This document shows, piece after piece, positions 56,501-64,000 of a stretch of 64,000 nucleotides of DNA. A model generated the notes under the pieces. The model did not search any database. It saw only the letters and a program-made list of their open reading frames with translations, and was not told where the DNA came from. A program made the translations under genes and the position numbers. Every line of letters starts with the position of its first letter. Within the stretch, counting starts at the first letter, position 1. The DNA is from Octopus vulgaris. Taxonomy: Eukaryota. Where the stretch lies: positions 49,786,001 to 49,850,000 of the forward strand of contig OX597825.1 in NCBI GenBank assembly GCA_951406725.2, given 5' to 3'.

Positions 56501-58320
56501 TGTGATTTTCGTGGATGCCTAGTACAGATGGTTGAGATCTGTGATATTAACATCATTAGAGGAAATTATATCCATAAGTGGAAAGCGGATTTTACCAATT
56601 ATTTTCATGTTTTGGTTAAAGTTGCGGATTTTAGGGAGTGTATCGCCTTCATCCATACTGGTTTCTTTAATTTTCAGCCATTCAATCATGATTTGATTCT
56701 TTAGCTCATGCAGTTCTGTTGGGTCAATATTTGTGTGACTTTCTTCTTCTATTTGATATTCATCTGTCTTTGTGTTTATGATTGGTTCAGGGAGTATTTC
56801 ACTTTGCCTATCAGTTATACTAATTCTTTCAATCCTTACTGCGTTTTTATCAGCTCTGGGCTGGTCTATAATTATTTCCTCTGTATTATCTTTTTTAGCT
56901 GCAGTGCTCGTTGTTTTTATCAGTTACTGCTTGTTTAATTTGGTCAGTATTTTTTTTTATTTTGACGTTGGCAAGTTTGTTACTGTCTATGTAGAGTCTT
57001 ACTTCAGAATGTTTCTGTCTCCAGTTTATGTAGGTTTGTATAGTGTTAGATTTATCTGTGGGGAAATATATGGCATGGTAGAAAGCTGTAAGAACTTTGT
57101 TATTATCTTCCCTAGACCATTTTTCATTCTTTTTCTTTTGGTTATTTGATGACGGGCATGGATGGCCATCTGTTGGAATATTCCGTTTGTGGGGTACGTC
57201 CAGCTCCTGTGTCGGGAAGATTTGAACCAGTAGCTGATTTTTCAATCAGAATTTGGTTCAATATTCGGGTTTGTGGTCTTTTGTAATCCGATCGATGACC
57301 ATTGCGGTTTGTAATTTGTTTTCTTGACATTGAGGCATGACGAGCTTCGGTTCTTACATTAGGAGTCGGATCAGTAAGTTTAGGGTTATGGTTTTGCGAC
57401 GACACCGCCTCTTCATGTAGACATTGTTCGTAGCGTAGTTTCTTAAGGCTAGCAGATCTGTATTCGTCTGTATTTTTTTTTTGATAGATTTACCTCCGGA
57501 CATATTTTTTTTTGTGGTGTTTATTAAACTTATGAAGGGTTCACTCTGTCTGTGTAAGTTCGAAAAAATGATAGTAAAATAAGGAGAAAACAAAAAGATC
57601 TGTCAGTTTAGGGTTAAGTTCGAGCGACGACACCGCCTCTGTATGTAAACATTGTTCGTTGTTCGTAGCGTAGTTTCTTAAGTCTAGCAGATCTGTATTC
57701 GTCTGTATAATTGATAGATTTACCTCCGGACATAGTTCTTTTTGTGGTGTTTTTAACCCTTATGAAAGCTTCACTCTGTCTGTGGTAGTTCGAAAGTATG
57801 AGAATAAAATAAGAAGAAAAACAAAGTTTTGATTTTGTTTTTGCTTGGTTTGTGCAACGTGTTTGCATGAGTGTGTGTCCTGTAAATTTCACTTAACGTG
57901 TACAACTTTGGGATGTATGTGTAGTCCTATGGGTATCAAAATGTATATATGATTGTGTAGACATTCGAGTGTATGCGTAATTACTCAATTTATGTACTCA
58001 CTATTTTTTTTATTTTGGTCCCTTTCTATGTTATTCTATGTAGACTTTCCGGTGTTGATATCGCGCGTGTGTTTCGCACTTGTTTCATTGAGACACTGTG
58101 CGTAGGAGAAACTGTACTTTGTATGGCAGTAAAATTTCGTTTTTTTCTTAGTGTCTTCGTTAAGAGGTCGCTTCCTTGAAGTTATCCTCAGGTTCCTTTA
58201 TCTAATTCCATCGATGTTAATGGATGAGATTTGTTTTTGAATGGAAAGCCCGATTTAGTACATCCATGTTGCCATTCAGTGCGGACCTATCTCCTGTTAT
58301 TCAGTGCGGGCCAATCTCAT
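53515..58320 (-). mobile_element. Near full-length R4/Dong-type LINE (family B), frameshifted
   Basis: N-terminal KWSREDN..AFY, KSPGKDKIPNFWL, EQKGCKRGSYGCKDQL, DYKKAFDS, YMDD (55244-55255), CRVC..ETIDHVVSKC, RHD, LIDMTVP and KY; TAT arrays at both ends. Confidence 0.93.
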
Positions 58321-58325
58321 TATTA

Positions 58326-58379
<54 letters not shown>

Positions 58380-59890
58380 ATCATTATTAACACATACACG
58401 CAACAGATTAGACAGTTGGAAAAGAAAAAACCTACCATCGTGCTACAACAGCTTACCATAGAATCCAAGAAACATCGTAAGTATCCTAGTTGTCCCTAAT
58501 AACAGTGTTTTCTGGAGATGTACTAAACTGTGTTTTATGCCTATTTTCTCTATCCATCAGTATAGATCTTTAGGAATAGTTCCCAATACACCTATAACTA
58601 ATGAAATACATTTTGCCCGCACTTACCATAGTCTCTGTAATGCAATGGCTAGGTCCTGGTACTTTGCTATTTTTTCTATACTTCTTATATTGATTTTCGC
58701 TTCATTTGGGATTGTGAAGTCATTTTCTGACACTTTCTATTCTGTTTATCGACTACTACTTCTACTACTACTGCTGCTTCTGCTGCTGCTACTGCTACTG
58801 CTGCGGCTGCTGTTGATGCCGCTGCTAGTGCTGTTACTACTACTGCCACCACTACTACTACAAACTCAGACCTCCTAGCATCTATTATTCTCCCAGCCTG
58901 AATGCTAAAGTTCCACATCTTGTATTACTTACTTTCTTGTACTTTACAAATTCTAGCTTTCGACATAACTGTCATTGGATTGCCATATCTTTTCATGTAT
59001 TCTTTATGTCTCAGCATTCTACATTCACTTACAATATAAGTAACACTTTCCTTTTTGATTTGCACTACCTACATTGGGAACTTAGAAACTTACATGTTTT
59101 TGTCTATCTTGGCTTTTATTGAATTAGTCCTTAATGCTTGATCTTGTGCAACCACTAACTAACTTTCTGTTTCCCTTTTCCGATTTCCTTTCTGAAAACA
59201 TAACCATGTCTCACTACGACCATTTGTTGCAACTATCTTTGGGAATCTACCATACAACGCTCTCTCCTGACAGTCAATTAACTTTTCTTTTTTCTGTTTT
59301 TTTAAGTTCGCTTGTGTTTTGGTTTTCCTATGTCTTGCTGTGACTCTAATATCATTTAATAAACATTTTTATATTATAAGCTACATAGGGGTCTATATCT
59401 ACTCTAGCTAACTCCACACATTCTTCTACTGATATTAACCCTCTTCCAACTTCCTTGCTAGGTAAGTATAATCTTACTACTCGTGCCCTTGTGTGGAGTC
59501 CTCCAATTCTCATTGAATTCCTTCCAAGTTCTTGTGTCTTGCTTTGCTAATTCAGTTTTTACCCAACCTACAAAAGCTGCTCAGTATCTAAGTAATGATA
59601 CTGCCCAAGTATTTACAGCCTCCACTACATTTGGATCATTTAGATTGGACTTCATTAGCTTCCTCATCCTTCTGATGTATTCCTCAATTTTTTTCGTTTT
59701 CATTTCTATAATTAATACTGTGTCAGATTCTAATAATCCTGGGTCCTTATAACTCACACCTCCTTTCAGTGATTTTAATGTTTGACCATCAAGTAACTGG
59801 ATACCTTCGCTTTTCACTACCTGCACACTCATCTTTGCCAAATTCCATGCCTATAACATTGCTAACTAATCTTACAATCTATAATAAGGA
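58380..59890 (-). mobile_element. R4/Dong-type LINE fragment with internal microsatellite
   Basis: GMEFG, AVNTWAVSLLRY and RLYLPSKEVGRGL on the minus strand. Confidence 0.8.
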
Positions 59891-59909
59891 ATCTATCTTT
59901 TTTCTTCTT

Positions 59910-59989
<80 letters not shown>

Positions 59990-60054
59990 CATTATTATTA
60001 TTATTATTATTATTATATTATTATTATTATTATCATTATTATTATTATTGAATA

Positions 60055-60497
60055 AGAAAGACGTGCATGCCAACAAAGTGACACTGGGGTACAATATACC
60101 AAGCCCAACGTCTGCTTAGGTTCACCAGGCACATGCATCACAACCATATGTGCGCGACCCAGTTATAATTTTCTTCAGTTCGAGTAGGCCTTGCAGCTCA
60201 AAATGTCCCTGAATAAGGACTGTTTAAGGATGTTGAACGAAATACCCCTGTTTCCAGAGGTGAATTATCCAAACTCCAAAGAATTCATCTCAACACATGG
60301 CTATGATGCTCACCTACTACTTTTGCACGTGATCAGAGATGCACATATCATCATTCACTAAGTGATATGCTCAACAGGTTAAGGTCAAACCACTAATGAG
60401 GAAATCTGTGACATTAAGAATATTTGCTGTAGACCATCTTTTAGACCAAGACAAAAAATGTACATGATAACACTTCTACTCAGATAAGAAGCCAGGA
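60055..60497. mobile_element. ORF-less (TAA)n-embedded repeat, copy 4 (with deletions)
   Basis: catgccaacaaagtgacactgggg...gataacacttc, between TAT arrays. Confidence 0.85.
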
Positions 60498-60637
60498 AAT
60501 TATTATTATTGCTGTTGTTGTTGTTGTTGTCGTCGTCTTCGCTGTTGTTGTTGGTGGTGGTTTTGTTGTTGTTGTTGTTGTTATCATTAATAGGGCTGTC
60601 GATTGCCAGGCTCGTTACAGTATCTGGCAAAATACTT

Positions 60638-60850
60638 AGGGCAGTGAGCTGGCAGATTCGTTAGCACGCCGGGAAAAAGGCTTAGCAGTATTTGGTCCGT
60701 CTTTACGGTCTTAGTTCAAATTTCACCGAGGTCGACTTTGCCTTTCATTCTGTCGGGGTCGATAAAAGTACGTATCAGTTGAGTACTGGGGTTGGTGTAA
60801 ACGACGTCCCCATTCCCCAAATTTCAGGTCTTGTGCCTATAGTAAAAATG
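60638..60850 (+). mobile_element. Family-2 SINE
   Basis: gagctggcagattcgttagcacgccgg...gaggtcgactttgcctttcat. Confidence 0.87.
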
Positions 60851-60858
60851 ATCATCAA

Positions 60859-60903
<45 letters not shown>

Positions 60904-60904
60904 T

Positions 60905-62153
60905 GTTGTTGTTATTCTGAAAGACTCTCAAGTAGTTCTTAATTACCGTTTATAATTTACTTGAAAGCAGGCAAAAGCAAATCACCAAAGCTTTCAAGTA
61001 GTGCTTTGTCCTGTGACCCAAAGAGACAATACTCTCCTTAGAATGCGAGCTGTACCCAACAATGCTGTCTTCTGGAACACCTCGAGCCTGACAGCAGCTC
61101 CAATATTCTTAATATTATTTTCAAATACCTTGGAAACTGCTCCTAATGTTCCTGTTACCACCGGTAACATTGTTACTTTCCTCATGCCCCATAACTTTCC
61201 ACTCTCGTCCTACAGAGGCTGGTATTTCTCAATCTTTTGTGTTTCCTTAGATTCCACTCTCGAATCGCCTGGTATTGCAGTATATATTATATTTACTCCT
61301 TTTTCACCTTTATGGATGATCCCGCTATCGAGTCGTCGCGCTTGTATAACTTGGTCGCACTCCATGTTAAAATCCCGGAGTATTTTGTAATGTTCGTTTT
61401 CCATTACATTGTCGTGTCACCTTTTGCAATCGTGTTGAGCGAGCTTATAGCACTCATGATATAGCTTATACTTTCTCCCTTCTCAGAGTTCATCCTACAC
61501 TGTAGCGAGTTAGTGCTTTTATCAATGTGATATTTGGAGTAGTTTGTTCTGAGACCGTCTTCTTGAGCGCTGTCTCAGTGAACCGGTTTAAATCTCCTTT
61601 CTGCAGCCATTGCAAGGGTCTATTCCAATCAATCTCGTCTTTATTCTTCAAGAACTGACTGTGCATTTTCTTATCCTGCTAAATTTTCTTCATCTGCACT
61701 CTCTGGTCTTTCTTAAGTTGTGTTGGATTTACGGCTTCGTTCATTTTTAAGGTGCCTTGCATTTTCACTGCTTCAATCATTTCTTCTTTACTCCCCTTGA
61801 CATACCAGGCCAGGCTTTTCTCCTATTCCCTTGCATAACCATCACAAAACACCAAACCACGTCTTCTTTCTTTCCTCTTCACATACAATCTTGACACATC
61901 ACTCTTTGGGTGTAGTTCCTTGTTCATAGTCATTAATTTACGTGTTATTCGGTCTATCTCTTGTAATTAATGCTTCTTCCAAGATACTATTCCTGCCCCA
62001 TATCTCATCAAAGCAACCGCGTGTTAATTGCTCTAATCTTATAGCAACCATTTAGCTTCAATTGGAGCACTAGCCGAGTTCTGAAATACTCTTTTCTATA
62101 CATTTCTTTCATCTTTAGTTCATTCATCTTATCTCTTTCAATGATACCCAGGT
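60905..62153 (-). mobile_element. R4/Dong-type LINE 3' fragment
   Basis: YLGIIE, HPKSDVSRLYV, ENEHYKILRDF and QKTALLGTARILRRVL. Confidence 0.88.
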
Positions 62154-62441
<288 letters not shown>

Positions 62442-62449
62442 ACTGTTGA

Positions 62450-63088
62450 GTCAAACAGCAATGCAACTCATCGAAGTGACACTGAGTTAAAATATACGAA
62501 GTTCAATATACCCATCATGATTATTCGTCTGTTAAAAATACACTAGGCATATGATCGCCACATATCAATATAAAAAACGCCATGAGCTTGCAGGTGGGCC
62601 CCAGTAAGAATATTTTTCAGGTAGAGTAACCCATTCCGCTCAAATGGTCCCTGAATAACGTTTGTTTAAGGAGGCTGAGCGAAACAGCCATGTTTCCAGA
62701 AGTGATTTATTCAAATCCCAAAGAATTCTTCAACATATCTATTTCTTTATTACCCACAAGGGACTAAACACAGAGAGGACAAACAAGGACAGACAAATGG
62801 ATTAAATCGATTATATCGACGCCAGTGCGTTACTGGTACTTATTTAATCGACCCCGAAAGGATGAAAGGCAAAGTCAACCTCGGCGGAATTTGAACTCAG
62901 AGCGTAGCGGCAGGCGAAATACCGCTAAACATTTCGCCCGGCGTGCTAACGTTTCTGCCAGCTCGCCGCCCTTTCTTCAACATATATATGATTCTCCTCC
63001 AATGCTCCTGTTCGTGATTAGAGATGCACGTATCATCAACGACTATGGGTCATGCTCAACCGGTTAAGTTCAAGCAAATCTGTGGTAT
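62450..63088. mobile_element. ORF-less (TAA)n-embedded repeat, copy 5, interrupted by a SINE and a Gypsy element
   Basis: Homology to copy 3 up to aaatctgtggtat. Confidence 0.83.
62739..62972 (-). mobile_element. Family-2 SINE with a 13-bp TSD
   Basis: ttcttcaacatat at 62726-62738 and 62973-62985. Confidence 0.92.
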
Positions 63089-64000
63089 TGTTGTGATGAG
63101 AGTCACAATACCCCATTACGAGAAATAGGCACGATTATAGATAGTAGCGGTAGGAGTGTGAAGTTTGTGTGTTAGTTCGAGTTGAGTTTGCAGGGAAGTC
63201 GGAAGGTGTCGGTTGGTTAGTTTGTTTGGAATATTGATTGTTGATTCGTGAAGAGATTGTTGGGCCGTTACGTTGTTATTACGGCTGCATCGTTATCTTG
63301 TTTACTGTTATTACACTGGGACATTGTATCTAAGCCATATGTCATAATATCGTGTCCGTACCACGGCATTTGGAGACGGAAGATACAACACCTGGACAAC
63401 ACTTGGCGACGAGGGTTTCGAAGCTCAGTAGGTTGTTCAACAATTCGTTCGTGATACAACTTGTTAAATGATGGAAGACTTATTAGCTTCTATAATACAG
63501 TTGCAAAAGCAACAACGCGAACAGCAACAAAAGTTGCAGAAGTAACTAGTACACTAACAACTACAGCAAAGCACTTGTTAGAGTTATACTCAAAGAAGTC
63601 CAAAAATACAGTAGGTTCCTTTTCGCCAGACGGCACATCGAACACCATAACATAATTCAGTTATAACCAAGTGGTGGGTATAATTTTTACAACGCACTAC
63701 AGAAGGTACGAGATTTTTCAAGATTGCAAAACATGGTCGGATGAAGAAAAAGTAAGGTTTGCATTATTTAAATTAGCTCCGTCTGAGCATGGACGACTCA
63801 GTAAATTCATATTGCCCCAAAAGTCTAGTGAAATTTGTTTTCAGGAAGCAATAAAACTACTGTCTAACATGTTCGGTGATAAAACTTCTCTACTTAATAC
63901 TCGAATGGAGTGTTGGAATTTAACTAAGAAAGATGATAATGACATTATTACGTATGTATGAACAGTCAACAGAATATGTGAAAGTTTAAGCTTAAAGAAC
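63089..64000 (+). mobile_element. Ty3/Gypsy (Mag-like) LTR retrotransposon 5' end: LTR 63089-63401, PBS from 63404, decayed gag
   Basis: TGTTGT...ACAACA LTR ends; PBS TGGCGACGAG; gag-like WSDEEKVRFALFKL..ILPQKSSEICFQEAIKLLSNMFG. Confidence 0.88.

Noticed and set aside
58240-58320. HDV-like ribozyme at the Dong 5' end
   Set aside because: A P1-like pairing exists, but P3/L3, P1.1 and J4/2 cannot be placed

Overview
AT-rich, repeat-saturated animal DNA. It is most likely an octopus or other cephalopod genome, inferred from the SINE families and dense (TA)n, (TAA)n and (TATC)n microsatellites. No host gene can be called with confidence, and most ORFs in the track are microsatellite artefacts. 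Retroelements present: at least seven minus-strand R4/Dong-type non-LTR remnants with a restriction-like endonuclease (RLE), each in or next to (TAT)n arrays and one near full length (53.5-58.3 kb); a near-complete but decayed Tx1/L1-clade LINE (46.6-52.3 kb) in a (TAT)n array; several Penelope-like elements (PLEs), including a 2.7 kb head-to-head palindrome; the 5' end of a Gypsy LTR element; and many tRNA-derived SINEs. DNA transposons present: a DD41D-like Tc1/mariner remnant, a MITE and a probable Helitron. The most interesting signals are: (i) a tRNA-headed SINE carrying a PLE-type minimal hammerhead ribozyme; (ii) a ~590-bp ORF-less element found five times, always in (TAA)n and co-oriented with the Dong elements; (iii) hammerheads with a variant CCGAAGA core shared by different PLE families; (iv) an 81-bp two-step microhomology-templated insertion copied from DNA 3.3-3.7 kb downstream. 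Coordinates of old elements are approximate, and no database searches were run.
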